Virus record (IMG/VR): IMGVR_UViG_3300021090_000017
Location: 2,053 to 66,052 of that record
From: a virus
Lineage: Duplodnaviria; Caudoviricetes
Reading direction: 5' to 3' (one strand)
DNA length: 64,000 nt
Made by a program: the position numbers and the translations under genes. Every line of letters begins with the position of its first letter. The first letter of the stretch is position 1. Below are positions 38,986-48,931 of this stretch, piece after piece. The notes under the pieces are model-generated. The model saw only the letters and a list, made by a program, of their open reading frames with translations. It did not search any database and was not told the origin of the DNA.

Positions 38986-39591
38986 TTATTTATTCTTTTT
39001 ACTCAATTTACTTAATGCATCAACTGCACTAGTATCAGTCTTTTCATTTTCTAATATTTTAGAGCCAGAAACTTTTAATTTCAAATCTGATGTATTAACT
39101 GATGGGATAAAGGTATCTTCATTATCTTTACTTTTTATTATGTTCTTTCCATTTTCTGTTGAGGTAATTTGTTGAATAATTACTGGATCTTTTTCAGATA
39201 TCTTTTTAATTAATTCTTCTAACCTATCTAATTTTTCTGAAATATTTGGGTCTGTTTTATATATTAAATTTGTTTTAGGTTCATTATAATATTGATTTAT
39301 TTCTTCTGGTTTATTTGGTTCTTCTTTTCTTGATATTACTCGTTTAACAGGCCTAGGTTGCTCTGTATCAGATATAAACTTATATTTAGAAATTCCTTTA
39401 GCTCTAAGATATCTTACTACATCATTTAATTTTACTAAAGGAATGTTTACTTGACATGGACTTTTATATTCTTTTCCATTAATAATTAAAGTATAACCAA
39501 GATCATCTATTATTAGTTTTATCATTCCTTCTTTCCTTTTAAAAATTAGTTTATTTAAAAAGTTCCATATAGGTTGTAATACATTATTCAC
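38986..39591 (-). CDS. Hypothetical protein
   Basis: 201-aa ORF. Confidence 0.55.
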   Translation of the reverse strand: MNNVLQPIWNFLNKLIFKRKEGMIKLIIDDLGYTLIINGKEYKSPCQVNIPLVKLNDVVRYLRAKGISKYKFISDTEQPRPVKRVISRKEEPNKPEEINQYYNEPKTNLIYKTDPNISEKLDRLEELIKKISEKDPVIIQQITSTENGKNIIKSKDNEDTFIPSVNTSDLKLKVSGSKILENEKTDTSAVDALSKLSKKNK

Positions 39592-39800
39592 ATTATTATC
39601 CTTTTTTTATTTTAGTTCACATTTTTAAAAGAAGGTACCAAAAAAAAAGGGTTTCCCCTAATGTTTGTAATATTGACATGTTTTTAAACAAGATATTCCT
39701 TTCCAAGGAAGACCACATTTAAATCCATTACGTAAACAAATTTTACACATAATTATCTCCTTTATTACTAAATAATATATATAGTATAAAGGAGATATAA

Positions 39801-40031
39801 TTAAACTATCCATGCTCTTGTATTATAATCTATAACTAATCTACTACCATCATATCTATCTGCTATAATTCTTTTTGTTACTAATTCATCATAATAATCA
39901 TTTTCTAAAAAACTTATAACATCACTCTTTAAAACATTTCCTTCAAAATAATCGTCTGATACAATATAACATTTGATATCTTCAAATAATTTAAATTTAT
40001 TTGAATATGGAAGTTGAACCTTAATTACCAA
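39801..40031 (-). CDS. Hypothetical protein
   Basis: ORF downstream of class II motif. Confidence 0.45.
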   Translation of the reverse strand: MVIKVQLPYSNKFKLFEDIKCYIVSDDYFEGNVLKSDVISFLENDYYDELVTKRIIADRYDGSRLVIDYNTRAWIV

Positions 40032-40061
40032 AATTAATCACCACCTTCTTTTTAAATATAG

Positions 40062-40077
40062 ATTTATATTTTGTTCT
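40062..40077 (-). promoter_or_regulatory. Class II (middle/late) promoter-like motif AGAACAWAWWATAAA, representative copy
   Basis: About 17 copies on minus strand upstream of genes: 6226,10581,14829,18649,22870,23555,26601,30631,32995,40062,40504,42758,44030,45530,49865,50219,59389. Confidence 0.75.
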
Positions 40078-40083
40078 AAATTA

Positions 40084-40104
40084 CTATATATATTATTTAC
40101 TAAG
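40084..40104 (+). promoter_or_regulatory. Class I (early) promoter-like motif CTATATATATTAWTTANTAAG, representative copy
   Basis: 14 copies: plus 18710,26661,40084,40538,44114,45567,50253,54862,56154,59796,60152,63767; minus 39765-39784, 63257-63277; mostly just upstream of an RBS/ORF. Confidence 0.78.
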
Positions 40105-40117
40105 GAGGATAATAACT

Positions 40118-40300
40118 ATGTCAGATATTATGGAAGCTTTAAAAGGATCAAATTGGTTTGAAGTAATTATTATGATTATATCAGTTACCTTTGTAGTTTA
40201 CCAATGCTTCAATTTCTTTAACTGGGTTATAGACTCATTCAAGAATTATAGACGAGATATGGAAAATGAAAAATGTAGAAGGAAGTATGGGCTTAAGTAA
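40118..40300 (+). CDS. Small membrane protein
   Basis: AAGGAGG RBS, one hydrophobic helix. Confidence 0.55.
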   Translation: MSDIMEALKGSNWFEVIIMIISVTFVVYQCFNFFNWVIDSFKNYRRDMENEKCRRKYGLK

Positions 40301-40309
40301 AGCCCTTTT

Positions 40310-40492
40310 TTATTTTTCATTAATTAATTTTGCTATTTTTACATTTAATTCTCTTTTCTCTTGCTTTAATAATTTCCATTTAATCCAGAATTCTTTAGTA
40401 TCTTTTAAAGCATAAAAGTTAGGTTTCATTTTAGTTATTTCTTGTTCTACAAAAATAAGTCTCTTTTTTATTTTAATAATACTATTATTCAT
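40310..40492 (-). CDS. Small basic coiled-coil protein
   Basis: AGGAG RBS, class II motif. Confidence 0.5.
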   Translation of the reverse strand: MNNSIIKIKKRLIFVEQEITKMKPNFYALKDTKEFWIKWKLLKQEKRELNVKIAKLINEK

Positions 40493-40569
40493 ATAATATC
40501 TCCTTTTTAAATTTGTTCTATATAGTATTTTTATTTACTATATATATTATTTACTAAGGAGGATTTAAT

Positions 40570-40854
40570 ATGAAAAAAATTATATTAATATTTATGGTAT
40601 TAATAACAATATCAGCATGTGTAGGAGGACAATCAGTAAAAATTAAAATCGTTGATATGAAAAATGTAAACGATCCTGACTGTGGATGTATAGCAGGAAA
40701 TAGCTCTTGCTATTACTCTTACACAAATTTGGTTACAATCGTACAAGACAATGAAGGAAGATCTGATAAATGGTGTGGATATTTTGGCCCAGTTGGATAT
40801 GAATTTTCAGGATTCTATCGAAGAACAATAGGAAAACAATTACACATGAAATGA
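40570..40854 (+). CDS. Putative lipoprotein
   Basis: MKK + hydrophobic stretch + ISAC lipobox. Confidence 0.6.
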   Translation: MKKIILIFMVLITISACVGGQSVKIKIVDMKNVNDPDCGCIAGNSSCYYSYTNLVTIVQDNEGRSDKWCGYFGPVGYEFSGFYRRTIGKQLHMK

Positions 40855-41089
40855 AGGGAGAAATGTATTGCTTATAAGAGATGCACTGATGTTGTTGAAG
40901 GAAGCAAATACTGAGTTAAAAGCTCATGAGGCTGATTATCATCATACAACAAGAAAAGGTTTAATTGATGAAATAGATAAGCTTCTATTTGACTTTAAAA
41001 CTTGTGCTTCAGTAATAGTGAAGAAGGATCGTGGGTAGATCCTTCTTCTTTTTTATCTTATTATTTTATTATAACGAAAGGATATTATA

Positions 41090-42103
41090 ATGGAAATAGC
41101 ATCTAAATTCGGAATCGAATTAACTTATCAAACTACAAAAGCTTTATTTACAAAATTTAAAAAAGAAATATTAAAAAAATATGATATAAATTATATAGAA
41201 TATAACTTATCAAGCGGAAATTTATTTAGAGAGATATGTGAATTAGAAAAAATTAAAGTATATCATGTAAGTGCTGATGGTGGGGTTGATACTGCTTTTG
41301 AATTAGCTACACCGAAGTTTAAAACATTTAATGAATTAGAGTTATGGTATAAAAAATGGGATAAGGTAATTAAGAATTCTCCTTATAGTGCTACATGGGA
41401 TCCATTTATTAAAACTAATAAGGTATGGGAAGGAAGTGGTGGTGGGCACATACATTTTAATATTCCATATAAAAATATAAAGAAAAAAGCATTATTTATT
41501 TTAAATGTAATGAGATATGCTTCAAGATATCCATGGTTTAATTGGGTGTTCAATGAATGGTGTGATGATGATAATGCAAACTCAATGCTTGAAGTTGAGC
41601 AATTAAAATTATCAGAAGTATTGGATGTTTTAGAAATTAATGATAATGATGATTATAATTATAATTGGTCGATAGATTATCTTTGTGCATGTAGATTATT
41701 TGTAGTAGATGGTGTTGACATTACTTCTAAAAAATTAACAAATATATTTTTAAAACATTCTAATGATATTGGGAAAGATTATGCTGTTAGATATGATGAA
41801 GATAAAAACACAATGGAATTAAGATTCTTTGATGCACCTAAAGATTTTAATCAATTAAAAGAACATCTAGCTATCGGCAATATTATTATAAAAGATTGTA
41901 TTATGATGACTGATAATAATGAATATATTCAGACAATAAAATATAATAATATGAGTGAATATTTAAAAGATAGACCTAATATATTTGCATCAGTTAAACA
42001 TGAATTAGCAGATTTTTGTGCATCTAATAACTTAGAATTTAATGATTATAAAAAATACTTAGATAATTTAAAACTAAGAATTAAATATGGGAGATTAGTT
42101 TAA
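41090..42103 (+). CDS. Putative amidoligase (COOH-NH2 ligase-type)
   Basis: FGIELT, DGG..FELATP, GGHIHF, MELRFFD. Confidence 0.7.
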   Translation: MEIASKFGIELTYQTTKALFTKFKKEILKKYDINYIEYNLSSGNLFREICELEKIKVYHVSADGGVDTAFELATPKFKTFNELELWYKKWDKVIKNSPYSATWDPFIKTNKVWEGSGGGHIHFNIPYKNIKKKALFILNVMRYASRYPWFNWVFNEWCDDDNANSMLEVEQLKLSEVLDVLEINDNDDYNYNWSIDYLCACRLFVVDGVDITSKKLTNIFLKHSNDIGKDYAVRYDEDKNTMELRFFDAPKDFNQLKEHLAIGNIIIKDCIMMTDNNEYIQTIKYNNMSEYLKDRPNIFASVKHELADFCASNNLEFNDYKKYLDNLKLRIKYGRLV

Positions 42104-42104
42104 T

Positions 42105-42395
42105 ATGGAAAAGAATAAAATAATAAAATTCACAACTGAAGAGAAAGAATTATTATTTAGTTTAATGAATAGAACTTGGCAAAATATAGGTTATGATACT
42201 ATTAAATTAAATAATGGCAAAGATGTTTCAAGATCTATTGTTATGGAAATGGTTATAGATGCAGATCGACTAAGAGATTATGCTAAAAGTAAAGAAGAAA
42301 TAGAAGCTGTAGGAAAATTTTATTCTCTTAAAAATTATGATAGTATGAAAAAAATAGCTAGAAAAGCTTTTCCTCTTACCAAATATGGAATGTAA
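42105..42395 (+). CDS. Hypothetical protein
   Basis: ORF directly after amidoligase. Confidence 0.55.
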   Translation: MEKNKIIKFTTEEKELLFSLMNRTWQNIGYDTIKLNNGKDVSRSIVMEMVIDADRLRDYAKSKEEIEAVGKFYSLKNYDSMKKIARKAFPLTKYGM

Positions 42396-42417
42396 TTATT
42401 ATAAATAATATACGTAA

Positions 42418-42461
42418 AATTCCGGATTGTATAAATTATACAATCCGGAATTTATTTTTTT
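42418..42461 (+). terminator. Terminator between convergent genes
   Basis: aattccggattgtata / tatacaatccggaatt perfect stem, T tract. Confidence 0.8.
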
Positions 42462-42466
42462 GTTTC

Positions 42467-42724
42467 TTATAAACTCATTTTTGTCATATTCAATAGAATC
42501 TCTTTATTGAATAGTTTTTCTACATCTTTTACTTTTGCATTTTCACTTAATGATTTAAGTTTATTTCCTAATAGAAACATTTTTAATTCTACTTCTGTAG
42601 CTTCCATAATATATTTTTCTAATGTTGCCTTAGCATCCTTAGTAATAGTTGACTTCTCTAATCTTAAAGCTGCTGCCTTCTGTAAATCTTCTTTTTCAAA
42701 CTTAATCATTTTGTTGTCCTCCAT
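42467..42724 (-). CDS. Hypothetical protein
   Basis: ORF downstream of class II motif. Confidence 0.5.
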   Translation of the reverse strand: MEDNKMIKFEKEDLQKAAALRLEKSTITKDAKATLEKYIMEATEVELKMFLLGNKLKSLSENAKVKDVEKLFNKEILLNMTKMSL

Positions 42725-42780
42725 TATATTTAAAAAATTATTATATTACTATATTTATATGGTTATTTGTTCTAAATTTT

Positions 42781-43023
42781 TTATAGATTACCACATCTTT
42801 TATTACATTCTTTTATTTGTATAGGATCTTGTAGTTTACTACATCCTTCTTTACACTTTAAATGTTTATAACTGGAATTTTTAATATTACTTTCAGGTGA
42901 AACATTTTTATTAGTAAAGTCACTTACACTATTATCAACATCTAACCCTGCACCTAAACGTCTTTCAATAGCATCTTCTAATAATGTATTTATACTTTCT
43001 TTTAATATCTCATTATATTTCAT
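42781..43023 (-). CDS. Candidate internal head protein (YxxILKES leader, Cys hairpin)
   Basis: MKYNEILKES; CKEGC-X11-CNKRC. Confidence 0.6.
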   Translation of the reverse strand: MKYNEILKESINTLLEDAIERRLGAGLDVDNSVSDFTNKNVSPESNIKNSSYKHLKCKEGCSKLQDPIQIKECNKRCGNL

Positions 43024-43031
43024 AAGGCTCC

Positions 43032-44009
43032 TTATCTTTTTTTACATTTTTCTATACACTTAATTTTAAAATTTGGGTCATATATTTTATCACATCTTTT
43101 AATACATAAATTAATTTCCCATTTACTATTTTTTTTAATATAGTTTCCTGCATCACCCATGTTATTAGCATTAAATGAGTTGTTACCATCAAATGAATGT
43201 GCTGATCCAAGATCTGGGGAATCCCCTCCTATCTGCTCTTTTATCATTTTATTTTTTTTAAGTTTAATCATCTTTTCTTCAAAATCTTTAAGCTCATTCC
43301 ACACTCTAACATTCCAAAGACTTGATAAGTTTCTTATAGTAGCTCTCCATAGACTTATTAACCTAGATGTCCTTAAAAATATAATACTTGATTTAGATTT
43401 AAGCTCATCAAAATTAAACCATAATGGTTGAATTCCTTCTGCTACAGTTTTCTCTTTAATACTTAAAATATATCTAATAGTATTGGCGTGTACTACTTTC
43501 CAATAGGCACCAGATTTTTTTTCAGTTTTTAATAATTCTGGATCTTTTCTTTTTAATAATTTTTCTTCCATTATATTAGTATAATCGTCTATTTCGATAA
43601 ACTTACAATTATATTTTTTAGCCATCTCTTTTCCAATAGTAGATTTACCTGAACCAGATGGACCTATTATAAATAATTTACCATTTTTACTATTCTTCCA
43701 TTCATCATACTTATATACAAGAGGTTTGTCTGAAATAAATAATGATTCTTGAATATTACTTAAATAATTATTTAAACTTGATTCATGTTTAGTTTTACCT
43801 TCTTTATATTTATCTTTCTTTTCTTGTTGGTCTATTAAATATTTCAATTTATAGCAATCACCATTCTTACAAGGATATGCAAAAGAATTAAATACACTTT
43901 GACTACGTATTTTAGTATCTCCAGCTTTATCTTTAACACACTTCTCTAAACATTCATTATACTGCTGTTTTAGGAAGTTAATATAATTAGTATCCTCTTT
44001 TAATATCAT
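43032..44009 (-). CDS. P-loop kinase-domain protein with Cys-rich termini
   Basis: MILKE leader; IIGPSGSGKST, IEIDD, AEG; C-terminal CIKRC-X11-CIEKC. Confidence 0.7.
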   Translation of the reverse strand: MILKEDTNYINFLKQQYNECLEKCVKDKAGDTKIRSQSVFNSFAYPCKNGDCYKLKYLIDQQEKKDKYKEGKTKHESSLNNYLSNIQESLFISDKPLVYKYDEWKNSKNGKLFIIGPSGSGKSTIGKEMAKKYNCKFIEIDDYTNIMEEKLLKRKDPELLKTEKKSGAYWKVVHANTIRYILSIKEKTVAEGIQPLWFNFDELKSKSSIIFLRTSRLISLWRATIRNLSSLWNVRVWNELKDFEEKMIKLKKNKMIKEQIGGDSPDLGSAHSFDGNNSFNANNMGDAGNYIKKNSKWEINLCIKRCDKIYDPNFKIKCIEKCKKR

Positions 44010-44168
44010 TTATTCCTCCGAAAGTAATGTATATTATTTTGTTCTTATTTGTATCTAAACTCTATATATAATAAATAGGATATAAATATCCTTATTTATG
44101 GAATATTTAATTACTATATATATTATTTAGTAAGAGGAAGAAATTATTTTAAAAGGAGATTAAATACA

Positions 44169-44504
44169 ATGCTTCAATGTTTAAAGATGGATTGTATTAG
44201 AAGAGATGTTTGTGGTCACTCTAAGAAACATATACCAAAAGACGGAAATGAGTTATTATGTATTCAGAGAACAACAGATGAAGCAGGAAATCAGCATAAA
44301 GAAAAAAGTGCCTGTCCTGGTTGTACTTGGGTAGGAAAAGGTGAAAATCCATACAGTGATAGGAAAAAATTCATTTCTAAATTACGTAGAAGAACCTTAT
44401 GGACTCCAATATCAACTCCATTAGGAGTAAGTTCACTAGCCGACATGATAGATGAAGGTCGGGATATGAATGAAATATTAAAAGAAGAAGGAATTTTGAT
44501 TTAA
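44169..44504 (+). CDS. Cys-rich hypothetical protein
   Basis: AGGAG RBS, class I motif. Confidence 0.55.
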   Translation: MLQCLKMDCIRRDVCGHSKKHIPKDGNELLCIQRTTDEAGNQHKEKSACPGCTWVGKGENPYSDRKKFISKLRRRTLWTPISTPLGVSSLADMIDEGRDMNEILKEEGILI

Positions 44505-44635
44505 TGAGTTAAATCTCTTATATGGCTCAACTTATTTATAAAATAACAACCATAGCCAGGTTGGAGGAGAGAAAAATGCGAGATCCGCCGAAATAAATTA
44601 AACTAAAACTTGTTGAGTCTTACTACTAACGGCCT

Positions 44636-44680
44636 AGATGAGGCGATTAGAAGTTTTAATCGCCTCATCTTCATTTTTTT
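44636..44680 (+). terminator. Intrinsic terminator
   Basis: agatgaggcgatta / taatcgcctcatct 14-bp stem, T tract. Confidence 0.8.
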
Positions 44681-44681
44681 G

Positions 44682-45509
44682 TTAATTTTTAATTTCTTTA
44701 GAAACTTTTATTTTAATATCATCAAATGATAAATTTTTATTCTCTTCATATGACAAAATTTTATCAATTCTGTTTTTATATTTAGCATCACTAGAAAAAA
44801 ATTCAAAAAATTTCATAATAAAAGAAATTGTTGGGCTTTCTTTTTCTTTTTGTTTATGGTTTTGCTCTATTTTATGAATTGCTGATAATAAATATTTCCC
44901 ATACCCCATACTAGAAGAAAATTTATCTCCAATGTATTCATGATGTCTTGAATATAACGGTTTAGCGAACAAGTACAACCAAACTATAAAGGAAGCTGGT
45001 AATATCCAAATAAATTTTTTTATAGAACTATCATTTTCTTTATTTTTTGCCTTTAAATCGAGAACACGTTTAAATAAAATCGAGCCGATGGATGGTATTA
45101 CCCAATCTACAACTTCTTGTTTTACTTTATGCATATCTTTTACATGCTTTGCTTCGTGTAATAGAACCGCAACTCGTTCATTCTCATTCAATGCCTCATA
45201 AAGACCGCTAGTTATATAAATTGTGTTAAAATTTAATATTGCATATGAATTCCATTCTTTATCTTTTATAATATTAACCTTAAATTTATTTTTTTCATTT
45301 ATAATATTATTAATTTTATCAGATAACTGTTTATCATACTTAGAATTTCTTATAAAATTGAAGTAAAATAATAAAACAGATGATAATGCAGTTATTATTC
45401 TAATTGATGTAATTAAACTCCTATCTTTACTACTTGATTCAATTAGATAGGTTTCAGATGATAATAAAATATTATCTGCTGATTCTTTTAGTATATCATT
45501 ATATTTCAT
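44682..45509 (-). CDS. M48/HtpX-like zinc metallopeptidase with YxxILKES leader
   Basis: NSYA, IYITSGL, AVLLHEAKH, HEYIGD; hydrophobic segments. Confidence 0.8.
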   Translation of the reverse strand: MKYNDILKESADNILLSSETYLIESSSKDRSLITSIRIITALSSVLLFYFNFIRNSKYDKQLSDKINNIINEKNKFKVNIIKDKEWNSYAILNFNTIYITSGLYEALNENERVAVLLHEAKHVKDMHKVKQEVVDWVIPSIGSILFKRVLDLKAKNKENDSSIKKFIWILPASFIVWLYLFAKPLYSRHHEYIGDKFSSSMGYGKYLLSAIHKIEQNHKQKEKESPTISFIMKFFEFFSSDAKYKNRIDKILSYEENKNLSFDDIKIKVSKEIKN

Positions 45510-45627
45510 AGTTTATCTCCATAACTAAAATTTATATTTTGTTCTAATTTATTACAAAATTTATTACTATATATATTATTTATTAGAAGATAAATTAAAC
45601 TATTTTATTTAAAAGGAGGTGAGGTGA

Positions 45628-45936
45628 ATGTTGTGGAGAATATACTTAGGAGGAATAGCATCAGTAGCATCAATAATAGCTGTATTATTCTTTATTGAAT
45701 TCCTTATAAAGAAATATGGATATTTGGATGTTGATGAATTAACTGTAATTAAGAAAGGTCGTAATTTTATAATATTGATTGTTTTGTTTTCATCAGTGTT
45801 ATACTTTCTTAATTCAGGAATAACCACAGTTATCCCAAAAAATAGTATTGATCGTAGTTATATTAATTCTTCGATCGAGCAAAAGAATTCAGATGTAAAA
45901 AATAAACTACAGGAGGATTCAGATGAAAAGAAGTAA
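45628..45936 (+). CDS. Two-helix membrane protein
   Basis: RBS, two hydrophobic segments, overlaps SPFH gene. Confidence 0.6.
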   Translation: MLWRIYLGGIASVASIIAVLFFIEFLIKKYGYLDVDELTVIKKGRNFIILIVLFSSVLYFLNSGITTVIPKNSIDRSYINSSIEQKNSDVKNKLQEDSDEKK

Positions 45937-46759
45937 TGTGTTTCTGGTTATTCTGGTTATGTTGTTTTCGGTTGTGATCTCGGGATGTACCCAGATCGAA
46001 AATATTCCGGCAGGATATGTAGCAAAGATGCTTACTCCTACCGGATGGGATGAAAAGATATATGAAGCCGGACAGGTTGATATCGGGCAAACAACTAATA
46101 ACGGACAAGGAAACACATTGGTTCTTCTTGAAGCCAGTAGTGTCATGATCAAAGAGAGCTTCAAAGAAGAAGGAGAAGATGGGCAAGACCATCGTGTAAA
46201 AACATTAACTGAATCTCTTGCTGTCGACGCTTATGTAAATGTTATACTTCCTGATGATCCTAAAATTCGAAATTCCATCTTTGCGCTGGTAACTCCGGCA
46301 GCGACAAAAGGAAGTGATCGTGTAAAAGTCATCACTCTCGAAATGGTTTATAGGCAATTTGCTCAAATGGATGTTCGTTCTAAAACCAGAAGTATCTTCT
46401 CTAAATATAGGGGATATAAAGATACTACTGCCCAATTTGAGCATATCAATGCCCAGCTATACGACATGGTGAGGGATACATTCAAAAAGAATTCTGTTCC
46501 ACTCATTCTTAAGAATGCAGCCATTTCCAATATCGTTCCTGATAAAACCCTTATTACAGCCGAGAACAACAAGTCGTCGGCTAACTCGTCTGTGTCAGCG
46601 ATTGATGAGGTCGGAGCTGCTATTCGTAGGAATCCAGGTTATCTCGAGTATTATAAATGGTCACAGCTTGAGAAGATCGCGGCGTCCAAGGAAGGCACCA
46701 ACACCATCATCGTGACCGAGTCCGGTAAAGCACCTGGTCTGGTTGTAAACGGAAAGTAG
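45923..46759 (+). CDS. SPFH/band 7-like lipoprotein
   Basis: ISGC lipobox, IPAGYV, coiled-coil C-terminus NPGYLEYYKW. Confidence 0.65.
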   Translation: MKRSNVFLVILVMLFSVVISGCTQIENIPAGYVAKMLTPTGWDEKIYEAGQVDIGQTTNNGQGNTLVLLEASSVMIKESFKEEGEDGQDHRVKTLTESLAVDAYVNVILPDDPKIRNSIFALVTPAATKGSDRVKVITLEMVYRQFAQMDVRSKTRSIFSKYRGYKDTTAQFEHINAQLYDMVRDTFKKNSVPLILKNAAISNIVPDKTLITAENNKSSANSSVSAIDEVGAAIRRNPGYLEYYKWSQLEKIAASKEGTNTIIVTESGKAPGLVVNGK

Positions 46760-46764
46760 TTAAA

Positions 46765-46811
46765 AACAGCTTGGGGTTAATTTAATATTAAACCCCCAAG
46801 CTGTTATTTTT
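46765..46811 (+). terminator. Intrinsic terminator
   Basis: aacagcttgggg / ccccaagctgtt + T tract. Confidence 0.75.
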
Positions 46812-46827
46812 AAGGAGGATTATAAAA

Positions 46828-47061
46828 ATGAAATCATATTTAAATTTCATAGGATTTACTGGTTGGGTAGCAATATGGTTTAGATTCTCAGGTATTTTAG
46901 TAGGGGTAACTATATTATATTCATGTACTGATTTTTTAATAGATATTATAAAAGAACATAATGAAATTGGTATTATGTTTTTACCTACATTAGTAATATT
47001 TATTTGTTTTGCGATATTTATAATAATTGGAAGTTTACTAAAACACAAGGAGGATAGCTAA
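46828..47061 (+). CDS. Small membrane protein
   Basis: AAGGAGG RBS, hydrophobic helices. Confidence 0.55.
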   Translation: MKSYLNFIGFTGWVAIWFRFSGILVGVTILYSCTDFLIDIIKEHNEIGIMFLPTLVIFICFAIFIIIGSLLKHKEDS

Positions 47062-47570
47062 TGATTTTAAAAGCAATAAAGTTTGCAGAGAAGAAGCATA
47101 AAGGACAAACCAGAAAGGTATCTGGGGAACCATATTTAACACATCCTATTATGGCAAGCTATGTGATTGTTAAATATAAAAAATCAAAACATATTGAGGA
47201 ATTGATTGTTTCTATGATCCTCCATGATACTCTTGAAGATACTGAAACCACTTTTGTTGAGTTGGCTAAAAACTTTACTCCATTGGTTGCATCATTAGTT
47301 CATGAATTAACTAATGATGTTAATGAAATAAAAAGAGTTGGTAAAAAGGAATATCTTCTTACAAAAATGTTAGGTATATCAAACTACGCTTTAGTTTGTA
47401 AATTGATAGATACTATGGTTAATATTGATGACCACCCAAAACCTGAATATGTTAATAACACTTATATTAATTTAATAGAGTTAGCTAAAAAAAGAAAATT
47501 AACTAAATCTCAAATATCAATATGGGATGACCTAATGATTAAAGTACAAAATATAAGGTCAAAATATTAA
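47061..47570 (+). CDS. HD-domain (p)ppGpp hydrolase-like (SpoT HD/Mesh1 type)
   Basis: FAEKKHKGQTRK, EPYLTHP, LHDTLEDT, LVHELT, KLID. Confidence 0.82.
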   Translation: MILKAIKFAEKKHKGQTRKVSGEPYLTHPIMASYVIVKYKKSKHIEELIVSMILHDTLEDTETTFVELAKNFTPLVASLVHELTNDVNEIKRVGKKEYLLTKMLGISNYALVCKLIDTMVNIDDHPKPEYVNNTYINLIELAKKRKLTKSQISIWDDLMIKVQNIRSKY

Positions 47571-48235
47571 GGGAGGATCCATGGCACCAAAGATGATATG
47601 TTATATGCCTGTTGGTATTAAATGTAAATATTATGTAATGATATCAAGGATTGTAAGACTTTCAAAAAAGATTCAATCAGGTATAACTATTATGGATGTA
47701 TCTCTTATCCATCTTGACAATGGTGATTTTCTAGAATCTGAAGATAGTATTGCCACACTCCAATCAAGAATTGAATCAAAGGATTAAAATGGAATTAAAT
47801 CGAAGACCTAAAGAAGTCTTGATAGTGATTAACATTTATTTATTTCTTATATTGATTATGCCAATTAGATTAGCTATAGCATTAGTTATTATAGATATCA
47901 TATGTGGGACATGTAATGTATGGTATTCTTTAAGTAAGGATAGAGATGTGTTTGTAACTAAACATAGAGATATATTATTAATTCCAGGAGTTGATATATA
48001 TTTCTTCTTCTTAGGATTATTTAAACATATATTCTATTTTGAGTAAAGGAGAATTATAAGTGAAAACAGTTTTAATAATATTATCAACTATTATAGGAAT
48101 GGGATGTATAGGAATAGTATGTTGGTCAATAGCAATAGATGAAACACTTAACATAGTAAATATTGTTATGGAAGTTAATGAAGTTAAGATAAGATTTGAA
48201 AGAGATAGATTTAGAATTATTTATAAGAAGATAAC

Positions 48236-48571
48236 ATGAAACATAGAGTTAAAGTAAAATACCCACATATACAATCATATGCAGCTTTAGTTCAATTAAA
48301 ACGAAAGTTGCAAACACAAAGATTAAATAGTTGGCTAAAATTCAGGGATGATTTTCTAAACCATATGTTAACTGTACATAAAGATCTGATATGTATTTAT
48401 TGTAATAGATCAAATCTTTTAAAAGCAGTCCCTGATGAATCCAAACAATCAATAAAAATATTAGCAACAATAGATCATATCATTCCTGTATCTAAGGGAG
48501 GAGATGAATTTGATTATAATAATCTTGCTATAGCATGTAGGCCTTGTAATGAAAGAAAATCTAATAAATAA
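48236..48571 (+). CDS. HNH endonuclease
   Basis: CIYC, TIDHIIPVSKGG, NLAIACRPCN..K. Confidence 0.85.
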   Translation: MKHRVKVKYPHIQSYAALVQLKRKLQTQRLNSWLKFRDDFLNHMLTVHKDLICIYCNRSNLLKAVPDESKQSIKILATIDHIIPVSKGGDEFDYNNLAIACRPCNERKSNK

Positions 48572-48582
48572 GGAGGACAAAA

Positions 48583-48903
48583 ATGAAGAAGATAATATGG
48601 AAGAGGATAGTATGGGTAAAATTTGATAAGTATGATATGTATAATTCCATAAGGATTAATAAAGGATTTACATTAATTGAGTTGTTAGTGGTTATGGCAA
48701 TCTTAGCCATTCTAGCAGCAATAGCGATTCCTCAATTTAAAAATAGGAAAAGTGTATATACATCTCCTGTTGCTGTAGACAAAAATTCAGATAATTCAAA
48801 TATTATTAAACCACAAGATGATATTAAATGTATTGGCGGATTTAAATTTTACAATGATAAACAAATCATCGGAACCAACGGCGGTGGCGTTGTATGTAGA
48901 TAA
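48583..48903 (+). CDS. Type IV pilin-like protein
   Basis: KG|FTLIELLVVMAILAILAAIAIPQF class III signal peptide. Confidence 0.8.
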   Translation: MKKIIWKRIVWVKFDKYDMYNSIRINKGFTLIELLVVMAILAILAAIAIPQFKNRKSVYTSPVAVDKNSDNSNIIKPQDDIKCIGGFKFYNDKQIIGTNGGGVVCR

Positions 48904-48931
48904 AAAATAAAAAGGGAGAATTAATCCCTTT

